DNA of 63,281 nucleotides, the filler included, from Globobulimina sp. (Eukaryota): assembly GCA_003354225.1 (NCBI GenBank). It is 35 parts of 35 records of this genome, joined end to end, with 100 filler letters (N's around TTAATTAATTAA, not from the genome) between each part and the next. Parts side by side here need not be neighbours in the genome. Positions count along the whole stretch, not along the records: positions 36,234 to 37,944 come from PIVH01012841.1; positions 38,045 to 39,755 come from PIVH01012842.1; positions 39,856 to 41,566 come from PIVH01012843.1; positions 41,667 to 43,376 come from PIVH01012844.1; positions 43,477 to 45,186 come from PIVH01012845.1; positions 45,287 to 46,996 come from PIVH01012846.1; 29 more parts are not named here. One strand, given 5' to 3'. Made by a program: the position numbers and the translations under genes. Position 1 is the stretch's first letter, and every line of letters starts with the position of its first letter. Positions 36,361-47,096 of the stretch are shown here, in pieces. The notes beneath the pieces were generated by a model. The model did no database searches and was not told the origin of the DNA. It worked only from the letters and a program-made list of their open reading frames with translations.

Positions 36361-37944
36361 TTATTCCTGAATGGGATTTATTAATGAAAATAATTTAGTA
36401 ACAACTTTACCTTTCGATTTCCGTTTTTGATGATATTGAATGAGATTTATTAAAAATGATTTAATAACATCTTTACCTTTGGAAATATTTTGTAACCGTA
36501 TTCTTTCATTTTCCAGATGTGCCCTATCCGTAGATTGTCCTAAAGGAAATTGCAAAATCGGTGCATTTAATTTCTGATATAAATAATTTGTACATGGAAT
36601 TGTGCCACCTTCGCGGATATAATATGGTTTAATACCCCAATGTTCAACAATTGCTTTTTCAGCGCATTGAAATATATAATTCTCATAATCCATTAACCAG
36701 TGACCACCAATATTATTATGGCTCACATGAATACTATTAAATGTTGATAATTTCTCAAATTCTGATAGCAAATATTTTTCACATTTTTCAATAATTGCAA
36801 TATTATTTTGCTTTGGAACACTTCGAATCGATATGATTGCGCTCGCATTCTTACTGATTACTGTGCACTCATTTGATGACTGTTGAATATTATGGATGGA
36901 TAAACATGGATTCCTCCATTTCGATATCAACAATGACTTACTGTCTAATCCCATTTTATCATTACCATTAATATTCAATTTGTATCCAATCTGTTTTAAA
37001 TAATCAGCTGTGTTAAAAGTAGAAATAATTTCATCATACAATGCAATTTCCTTTTTTTCAATTGGTAGTATATTATCATAAAAACCAGGTATTAATACTT
37101 TATTTTTATCATTTTTTAATTTCGATAAAACAGATATTAAATCAAACGTTGGTTCGCTGAATACGCCGCCATGAATACCTGCGTACAATTTATGTTAGCT
37201 TTAAAATTAAGAAAATGTAACTAATTATTTGGAGGTCGCCGTACCTGAATGGCAATCTTGCGATGAACCATTAACAGCAACATTTATTTGCAAATGTCCT
37301 CGCATTCCATAAACCAAACACGGCACTTCCTCGCCAATCCAATATGAATTACTGCAAACAATCACTGCAGGCGACTGTAACCAGTCCATATTCTTACAAA
37401 TGACTTGTTTGAGCCCACCTTCATTCCATTCGTGTTCCTCCTGTCCTTCAATAACCAAAATTATTTCAACTGAAATATCGTCAGTTCCATCCTCCTCCAA
37501 TAACAACTCTCGAATGGCATACAGAAACACAATAATTGGTCCTTTATTATCTGTGGTCCCTCGACCATATAAATAACCATTTTTCCCTGTTAACTCAAAC
37601 GGATCTGTCAACCATCCGGCATTGTTATTTGGTGTATCAACGACATCATAATGTCCATACATGACAATGCGAATCACTTTATTTTTGTTTTTAGTCACAA
37701 TTTTATTTGTAAATTTAGCCAAAACAACCGGGTTTTTACCAACACGGCCTTGGACTAAACGAGTTTCCGCACCAAACTGCTCACATTTATTTTGTATAAA
37801 ATACGTAGCATTCCAACATTCAGATTGATACTTTATTTTACATGAAATGGATTTATACGATACAAAACGGGCCAAATCAGCAATCATATTATACGATCCA
37901 TGTGGTCGGTTATTATTATTTGTCTTTTTTCTATTCACAAACTG
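36361..37944 (-). CDS. M20 metallopeptidase, Dug2/CNDP-like (intron 37179-37244)
   Basis: YGHYDVV, LYGRGTTDNKGP, EGQEE, HSG|IHGG, REGGTIP, DRAHLENERI. Confidence 0.92.
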
Positions 37945-38044
37945 NNNNNNNNNNNNNNNNNNNNNNNNNNNNNNNNNNNNNNNNNNNNTTAATTAATTAA
38001 NNNNNNNNNNNNNNNNNNNNNNNNNNNNNNNNNNNNNNNNNNNN

Positions 38045-39261
38045 TAAAACTTTAATTTGATTTAATTTGATTTCGCTGTAATCGGTGGGATGGAAATTTT
38101 TCTTTTGTGCTGGAACCATTTGCTTATTAAAATAAATGGGAAATGGAAAAGCAATCTCATTTTCCTGATTGATGGTCAATAGAATGGAATAAGTGTTGTC
38201 TTCTCGCAGAGTCGCAGTGTTTGTGCAATATTATGGATATAAAAATTGGTTTTATTAAAATCAATAAACATCGAATACGAATATGATTCTCGTCGACATT
38301 TAACAAATAATTATACGTATCATATGTATGGAAGTTGCAATAATATAAGTTATATTGGTACAGATTTATCAATTCGTCCACATATTTCTTGCCAGACTTA
38401 GAGCCATAATATTGTTTTATGCATATTTTCAAAGCTTTGTCCGTATATTTTTGTAAGATGACACGCCGCCAAATAACAAATAATTATATCCGCGCAATAC
38501 ATTCATTTGAGACAATTTCAAATAATAATTTGCTTTCAAAAGTTGTAGTTGCTGAATGGAGAAATATTGCAAAGACTCGTTTTGATTTATAATTAGTTGC
38601 TTCTTTACAGCCAAATATTTGCCGACCGTATTTATTTTGTGATTAAACAGATTCATTCCGTCAACTCCTTTATTTTCGACGTATAACACACTAGAAAGCA
38701 GAGAATAATTAAATGTATGTCCACCAAATCATTGTCATTTTCATTTTGAGCTTCCAACATTTTTGCAGTCAAATTTAGATATTGAACGGCAAACAAGTTC
38801 CAATTTATTGATATTACGCAACAATTTGAAGCGAGTCCTCCGCCTCGATTTTAAGGATTTGGGGTGGTTCAATTGAAGGATTTGTTGAATTTAATCGAAT
38901 GTAAATGGCTCAGGAATCATTATAAAAATCAGAAACATTTTCGTGCCACAAACGACAGGATTTCATATATTTATTTGCAGGATTTTGGAGAAATTATGTC
39001 TTATTTTGTTGGCAGATGTTAAGAAATCGCAGATGTTAAGAAATCGCAGATGTTTATTGATTTTAATAACACCAATTTCATAATATTGCCCAAACACTGC
39101 GAGAGGACAACACTTATTCCATTCTATTGACCGTCAATCAGGAAAATGAGATTGCTTTTCCATTTCCCATTTATTTTTATAAGCAAATGGTTCCAGCACA
39201 AAAGAAAAATTTCCATCCCACCGATTGCAGCGAAATCAAATTAAATCAAATTAAAGTTTTA
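38045..39261. mobile_element. Long terminal-inverted-repeat (foldback-like) element, left end cut by contig edge
   Basis: 38045-38272 is a highly similar reverse complement of 39049-39261; about 0.78 kb interior with broken ORFs. Confidence 0.75.
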
Positions 39262-39635
39262 AAACACATTAAAACATATTAAATCATATTAAATTATTTT
39301 ATTAAATAGTATTAAAACATATTAAATTATTTAATTAAATCAAATTAAAATATTAAATTATATTAAATTAAATTAAATTATATTAAAACATATTGAATCA
39401 TTTTGATTTAATATGATTTATTACATTAAATGTAACACATTTTGTATAAAAACAGAAATGACCGTCATTTTTTTAAAAAAAAATGATGGAATACAAAAAA
39501 AAAAATGATGGTCATTTTGTTAAAAAAAAAACATTGTATACAAAATAATGGCGGTCATTTTGTATACAAAATGAACGAAATGACGGTAATTTTGTTAAAA
39601 AAAACAGAAATGATGGTAATTTTGTTAAAAAAAAA
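39262..39635. repeat. AT-rich (ATTAAA-type) repeats followed by about six AAATGAYGGTCATTTT-like palindromic units
   Basis: Directly abuts the right TIR arm; motif repeats separated by poly-A stretches. Confidence 0.7.
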
Positions 39636-39855
39636 ACACACATTTACAGTAGACAACAGTTCTGTTAAATTACACTGTTAAAAGCAACTCAGTCCACGAA
39701 AACTGGAAAACTGGAAAACCGTTCTAACAAACAACCATTTGACAGGAAGCAAAAANNNNNNNNNNNNNNNNNNNNNNNNNNNNNNNNNNNNNNNNNNNNT
39801 TAATTAATTAANNNNNNNNNNNNNNNNNNNNNNNNNNNNNNNNNNNNNNNNNNNN

Positions 39856-40765
39856 GAAAAATGTCCTTCTTCACCACAATTGTAACACGCTCCACCTCCA
39901 CCTCCACCACCGCGACGGTCACCGCCTTCACCTCCACCGCCTCTTTTCTCTGGACACTCCCTTGAAAAATGTCCTTCTTCCCCACAATTATAACATGCTC
40001 CGCCACCACCTCCACCTCTTCGGCTGTCGCGACTGTCGCGGTCTCGATAGCTATCCCGACCGCGACTGTCCCGGTCGCGCTCTCTCCGTTTCGGCCGCCG
40101 ATAATCATCCTCATCGTCGTCGCGATCGTCATACCGATCTTTCCTGCCTTTGCAATACGCGCCATCGGGGCCGGTCACATTCACCGCGCGCAATTTGCCA
40201 TTCTCTTGCTTTTCAATCTCGAACTCGACTTTTTCGTTTTCGTCCAACGAGCGAAAGCCTTTGGAATAAATGGCCGATTGATGCACGAAAATGTCGCCGG
40301 AGCCATCGTCCAATTCGATGAAACCAAAACCTTTTTCGTCGTTAAAGAATTTCACGAATCCGGTTGATTTTTTTTTATTTGATTCCTCATCATATTTATC
40401 GTATTTATCGTATTTGTCATCTTTGTCGTATTTGTCATATTTGTCGTATTTGTCATGGGATTTCTTCTCGTTATCATAGTCGTTGTGATCCTGCACATCG
40501 CTGTCTTCATCGTCGTCGCGTCGCTCTTTTAAGAAGGATTCAGATTCTTTGTCTGCTTTTTCTGCCTTGTTTAATCTCACTGTTTTGTTTGTTTTGTGGT
40601 GGTTTTGTTTGATGACAGAAACGCGTAAATTATAAATTTAAACATACTTTTTTTTGCTGGCGGTGAAGAATAGTCTTCGTTGTCTGATTCTGATGCTAAT
40701 TCTTCGAGTTTCCTTTTCTGTTTGTCCTGTCTTTTATGGTCTTTACTTACTTCTGTTTCGGCCAT
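39856..40765 (-). CDS. Cold-shock domain plus CCHC zinc-knuckle protein (intron 40580-40647), 3' truncated
   Basis: [16 protein letters not shown]...DIFVHQSAI...GFRSL...AVNVTGPDG; Gly-rich linkers; two [10 protein letters not shown] knuckles. Confidence 0.95.
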
Positions 40766-40927
40766 GCTATTGGTTGTGGTTTAATAATAACACACAATAA
40801 TCGGGCTTTCGTGGAGTGAGGATAAGGATAAGGTAGTTAGGGCTAAAGTTTTTGTTGTTAAAATGTTATTAAATATATCTCTTTTGATTGCAAGAGTGCG
40901 AGAATGAGTTTACAAATATTTTTATTG

Positions 40928-41488
40928 TTAAATTGAGCCATAAGATTCATGGTTGACAATACATTCCTTATTCCGTATATATTGCGTCGACTGACACACA
41001 TATTTCAGAGTGAATAATATTGCACAAACTATAAACGATAAAGACATTATTATTACTAAATCATACATATTGTTCTTTTGCATTGTAATTCCGATATTAA
41101 AATCCATATTTAATAAATTATCATCACAGTCAACATTACCATTAAGCTCTAAATCATTTTGCAAATCATTTCGAATGCCATCCTTACCAAATAAACATTT
41201 GATATTTAAATTTGTATTTTGTTGGTTTAAAATATTTACTTTGGAATGAAATGTGTTTTCATATTTTAGCCATGTCTCAATGATATGAAATGGTTTCACT
41301 ATGGATGCCTGATATGGATGTTTATAGATTGACGTATCTTTATCTATTAACTTAATACCAGCCGCTAAATTATTTATAGGTGGATACCTGGGAGGAAACT
41401 TAGAGCAGTTTAACGCACACGTTTCGGCCAATTTTGTGACACGTCGGGATAACATGTATGGATTTATGTACAATCCTATACATAACAC
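40928..41488 (-). CDS. Hypothetical single-pass membrane protein, 3' part
   Basis: C-terminal TM LVIIMSLSFIVCAILF and YGSI sorting-like tail. Confidence 0.55.
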   Translation of the reverse strand: MLCIGLYINPYMLSRRVTKLAETCALNCSKFPPRYPPINNLAAGIKLIDKDTSIYKHPYQASIVKPFHIIETWLKYENTFHSKVNILNQQNTNLNIKCLFGKDGIRNDLQNDLELNGNVDCDDNLLNMDFNIGITMQKNNMYDLVIIMSLSFIVCAILFTLKYVCQSTQYIRNKECIVNHESYGSI

Positions 41489-41675
41489 ATTTCATATCGG
41501 CACAGCATTCAAGATTTCCTTCAGAAAGAAATAATCTTTATATTTAACTAACCAAACAAAACTATANNNNNNNNNNNNNNNNNNNNNNNNNNNNNNNNNN
41601 NNNNNNNNNNTTAATTAATTAANNNNNNNNNNNNNNNNNNNNNNNNNNNNNNNNNNNNNNNNNNNNTTTGACTGA

Positions 41676-43276
41676 ATGTCGTCGGATGAGTTGAAAGAAG
41701 AAAACGCAAAACTCCACAAAGAGAATGAATTATTACGAAGTCGTATCATTGAATTAAACTTAAAACTGCAAGAACATAAAGAAGAATTGCCAATAAAATT
41801 AAAACCATTGCCAAGCATTGATGAAAACACCAAATTGAACATAACCATATTCGGTGGTGGGTCCTTTGGAACCGCATTAGCAACAATCGCTGCACGGCAT
41901 GGACACAATATTATGATGTTAGTTCGTAATAAGCAGCAAGCAAAGTCAATAAATGAATCAAATATCAATCCAACACGTGAATGGCTAAAAAAATATAAAT
42001 TAGCAGCAAATATAAAATGTACAACGGAAATAACAGAAGCTGTCACACAAAAAACTCATCTTATTATACATTCTATACCTACACAGTTTACACCTTCGTA
42101 TCTTGGAAAATATGCAAAATATATCCCTCCGCATATCCCATTAGTTTGCACAGCAAAAGGTTATAAAAATCAATTTTTATGTTGCGTTTTTGCAAAATTC
42201 GAACAACCATAAAATCTTTGCATTGCCTATAAACACCGCATAATATCGTTCTTTTCATACGCATATAACTACCAATATTATCACGCATAATATCCATTAA
42301 ACATTGACCCAAAACTCACAGAACTCCGTCAAATGTGTTCCAAATTTGTGTGAATTGTTTGCGCAATGTTTGAATAGTAACAATTAAACAAATTTTGCTC
42401 GAACAATTCAATCCAATTAAAACTGGATATAATGCATGATTTAAATGCATTTACCACACATTTTATGCATAAAAATTGACATAAAAGGTATTCATTTGGA
42501 AACCGAGAAACTTTTAAGTGAGATAATCCCGACGGTGTTGGGTCGCACAGATGCATCACAAGACAGATTGTTATATTTAAGCGGTCCCTCCTTCGCAAAA
42601 GAGATGATGGAGAATCATCCCGTTGCAGTCACATTGGCATCGCGCAATTTTAAATGGTGTAAGTATGTCCAGACTGCGTTGAATTCATTATATTTCCGTA
42701 TATATTTATCAACGGATGTAATTGGCGTCGAATGTGGCGGCGCATTGAAAAATCCATTAGCAATCGGTGCGGGAATTGCTGTTGGTTTAGGATATGGACA
42801 GTCGACACTTGCTGGGATTGTGACACGTGGCGCTGTTGAAATACAACGGATGGCGTTAGGTATTGTTCATTATTTATATTTGCATTTGCGATTGTTTGTA
42901 GATATGATTCTTGATATTGATGTTGATAGCTTTGGGGTGTAAACATCCATCGACATTGTATGGTTTGTCCGGGTTTGGCGATTTAATGTTGACATCGATG
43001 TGCGAGTTATCACGGAATAGGACGTGTGGATATTATATTGGTTCGGAAGGATTATCAGTGGAGGAGGCACAAGAAAAGGTTGGTGAAACTGTGGAAGGCG
43101 TTTCAACTGCAATTGTTGCACAGAAATTAATGAAAAAGTACGGTTTAAGGATGCCTTTATTTGATGCGCTTGCTGATGTGTTGCAAAATAAATTAAGTCC
43201 GGATGAAGCATTGAGAGTTGTTATGGCCAAAGTGCCTGATGTTGAGGGATTTGTTGAAATTCAAGATAATAAGTAA
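41676..43276 (+). CDS. gpsA: NAD(P)-dependent glycerol-3-phosphate dehydrogenase, GpsA-type (introns 42160-42487, 42860-42929)
   Basis: GGGSFGTALA, CTAK|GI, LSGPSFAKE, GVECGGALKNPLAI, GLSGFGDLMLT, SRNR, VEGV. Confidence 0.95.
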
Positions 43277-43478
43277 ATAACATTGATATGAACGACTGTA
43301 GGGAGGTTTGTTTAGGTTTAGGACTTTATAGGTTATCTTTAGAAACGTTTTCAACAACATACTTTTGTAATGGTCGNNNNNNNNNNNNNNNNNNNNNNNN
43401 NNNNNNNNNNNNNNNNNNNNTTAATTAATTAANNNNNNNNNNNNNNNNNNNNNNNNNNNNNNNNNNNNNNNNNNNNTG

Positions 43479-45186
43479 ATGCAGTTTGAAACTGAAAATT
43501 TCGCAGTGATATTTTTTGCATTTTGCAGTCACTGGAAATTTGCTCTATTTTTGTTTCAGTTTGAAACTGAAAATGTACATTCCGAAAATACGCAGGTTGT
43601 GACCCCGAAAACTGACTATTTGGACCACGACGCGTACACTTCGATGATAAATGCGACCAATTCGCTGTATGCCGCATCGCAGCCGGTGGCCAGTGGCGAA
43701 TTTCGGGTCAACCCTCGCGACGATGTCATATACAAAGATAACTTGAATAAAAAGCAAATTGTGGCCAAATTAGAGCCGAAACTCAAACAAAGACCGAGCA
43801 TCGACGAGACCGTGGCCAGAGGCATTTTGTTACATAGAACAGACACGAAAATAAACTACGATTTGCAAGCCAGACATAAGCAATTACATAAACGCAAAGC
43901 TTCGCAGAATTTGGAGAAGTTAATGATGACACGGCCGAAATCCAAACAGTTGGAGGAAAAAGGCATTTTGATTAAGGATGAAATCGGACAGAAACTGCAT
44001 AAACGCAAAACGTCTCAGGATTTGGAAGCTGGCTTGAAAAAAAGAATGAGTTTGTCTGAAATTCAAGGCTTGGGATTTTTATTCACTTCGCATGGCTTTG
44101 AATTTGATATTCCAGAATCTGACGAAGATCCAGATCACGATCGGTACGCTTCTACCAATCAAAAAAATAATATTTTTTATTTTCAACATATTTTTTTTTT
44201 GCAACCAATCAAAAATCATATTTTTTTTATGGCTCAGGTACCTCCCGGACGCGGAACGCGACGCCAATGTGGCTGCCTTATTCAAGCAAAAACCGCGAAC
44301 CTCCAAACCTTTGCATGAAACGGATTTCAAAGGCATAGAATTCGGAGATTTCCAGGAAAAAATCGAGAACAAAGTGGAAGACTCTGAGCAGAAAACATCG
44401 GGAACAGAAAAAGAAAACTTTGGGAACAAAAGAAGAGGTTCGATTAACAACACCGTCGAGTTCGAACCTTACAAATTGAGCAAACAACAACGAATTTCGC
44501 GCATTGGCTTGAAGCTGTCGCAGCGACCGAGCGTGGAAGACATGAAAATGCGCGGTTTGCTGTACGAGCACCCATCGATTAGCAAATCGTTGGTGGAGCG
44601 AAAGCGAGATTTAATGAAACGGCGCGCGAGCAATAAGGTGGAATCTATGTTGGTATCACGGCCAAACCGGACGGAGTTGGAGAAAAGAAATATTTTATTG
44701 CGCAAAGATGAGACGTTAGAAAAACGCAAGAAACATAAACGAAAACGGTCTCAAAACCTAGAGACTGCCATTCAGCGCCGGCCCAAATTGATGGAAGAAC
44801 AGGAGGCGCAGAGACAGCGTCGGCGGAGTATGGATGACAGCGATTTTACGCCGGATTATTTGTCGCATATTTTGGACGATGATGAAGATGACGAATATAA
44901 GCACGATTTGCAGCAGATTGAGATCCGCTTTTTGAACATCGGCGGTTATGTGATACCGTTGGTGGCGCCCCATTTTATGCACGATTTGGTGGGTGACGGC
45001 ATGGAGGATTTCGGCGATGATTCATTGAAACAGATTGAGTATGGAAACGAGTCTGAACGCATGGCATTGATGGAGGAACTGGACGGTTTGAAGGAGGATA
45101 TGGACGATTTGAAGCAGGAAATGCAGCAAAAAGAGCGAGAAATGCAGCAGAAAGACGCGAAAATCGATGGTTTGAAGGCTGAGAAT
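43479..45186 (+). CDS. RPEL-repeat (G-actin-binding) coiled-coil protein (intron 44144-44237)
   Basis: Several RPEL motifs: LKQRPSIDETVARGIL, RPKSKQLEEKGIL, RPSVEDMKMRGLL, RPNRTELEKRNIL. Confidence 0.88.
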
Positions 45187-45286
45187 NNNNNNNNNNNNNN
45201 NNNNNNNNNNNNNNNNNNNNNNNNNNNNNNTTAATTAATTAANNNNNNNNNNNNNNNNNNNNNNNNNNNNNNNNNNNNNNNNNNNN

Positions 45287-46419
45287 TCTAATGCTTTTCT
45301 GGTTGAATAATCCATAAATAATATATCTTTGTTATTGTATGTACTGAATGAATGTATAAATTCTGGACCAATTTTAATTTTGCATTGACGCAAATATAAC
45401 ATTAATAATAATGTTGCTGATAATTGCAATTTACTCGAAAACACATTGCAATGTGAATTTATTATATTTCTGATGTTATTATCAACATATTCTGCATCAT
45501 TGTCGTTGCAGCAAACTCTCAAATTTTGGTTCCAATCGATATGTTGAACAATTTCGTCATAACTAAGAGATAATGATTTATCATCATCATTATTCAGGAC
45601 CTGGTCAGTAAAAGTAACATGAAATAATTCTTTCATTTTATGGACAATGTCAGGTATCTGCTTAGCAGTTATTGAACACAATAATATCTCTGAAGGATTA
45701 ATGCGCGATAAATCATGAATTAAATTATTTTTGTTTGAATGAGAGGTCTCGATTTTACCAATATTCGTATCCATTATACATAAAGCAAAATATTTATCAT
45801 TTTTAAGAGTGAAATCCATATGATTTTCATTTGGATTTTTGCTTAATTTTTTAAATTTTGATGAATCAAAAAATGAAGCTGCACATGTTACATATTCGTT
45901 TTCTTGATTTGTGATAGCAACAATATTATGATTGTTTGTCATATTTTCATTTTCATTGTCATCATTCATAAATAAATGATAGGTTGAGGGCGATAACAAT
46001 GCGATAACTTCACGATCGCGGAATTTTGATTTTGAATTGTTTGTTTTTACAATTTTAGTTTCTTCAACCACTGCAATATTATATCCAGCGCATATTAATT
46101 TTGGTATAAATTTTTGTATTGAATGCCATGGAAAGCCCGCATGACCCATCTTATTCACGCGAATATTTAAAATTTGAGAAGCAATAATAGCATCACCTTT
46201 TAATAACTCATAAAAAGCACCAATTCGGAAAAAAATCAAATGCGATGGATACCTTGCTTTGATTAAATCCCATTGCATTGTTGGTTTAACATTAAATCTT
46301 TTGATGCATCTTGGCAATGTTTTTAATGAATAATGTGAATGCCATACCACTTTATCGAGTATTAATCCTTTAGTTTTGAACCTGTTGCAAATGTTAAAAT
46401 AAAAATTACATTTTATCAT
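45287..46419 (-). CDS. MutS-family mismatch repair protein (domains I-II), 3' truncated
   Basis: KARYPSHLIFFRIGAFYEL...DA...AGFP...KLICAGYNIAVVEE; domain II MDTNIG...INPSEIL; FMDYSTRKAL at the start of domain III. Confidence 0.9.
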
Positions 46420-47096
46420 GATATTATCACAATCTTTCACTGTGCCTTCGGCAGTTCTGTGCAATGACACTAGATCACTTCAAAAAGTTTTTGGGTGACC
46501 TTGCCTATACATATATGTCAAACAGCTAAGAAACTCAATAGCCATGTCATCCAATGACACCATTTTTAAAATCTCATATCCACAGAAAAATCTCATGAAA
46601 CATCGTTCACGTCGACCCGCATCATTAATGATTAATACTAATGCGCAATATCTATCTACATATCATCTTCATCATGATATTAAATCAATTTCTCCAAGAA
46701 AAGAGCATTATACTCCCGATTGGTTTAAAATGTCAATACGTACTGTTGACAGAGATACTATCCATGATCAGTGATGAACACTGAATCCTTCGAACCAGCT
46801 CGGTGAATCTTAAGGTTTTTCGAATCCTCGAATCTGAATCCTTGAATCCTTGAATACTGTGAATCAGCCCGAAAACCTGAATGCTCAGAAAACAACTTTA
46901 TTCCTTCTTCATCCTTTCTTCATCCCTTCGTCTCAGTGCTGGAACTTCCAATATAAAGCTACCAGAACGGTACGTGTTATGTTTGAATTTATTTTGNNNN
47001 NNNNNNNNNNNNNNNNNNNNNNNNNNNNNNNNNNNNNNNNTTAATTAATTAANNNNNNNNNNNNNNNNNNNNNNNNNNNNNNNNNNNNNNNNNNNN

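Noticed and set aside
39456..39635. CRISPR-like array
   Set aside because: Repeats are about 16 bp and degenerate, spacers are poly-A of irregular length, there are no cas genes and the context is eukaryotic.
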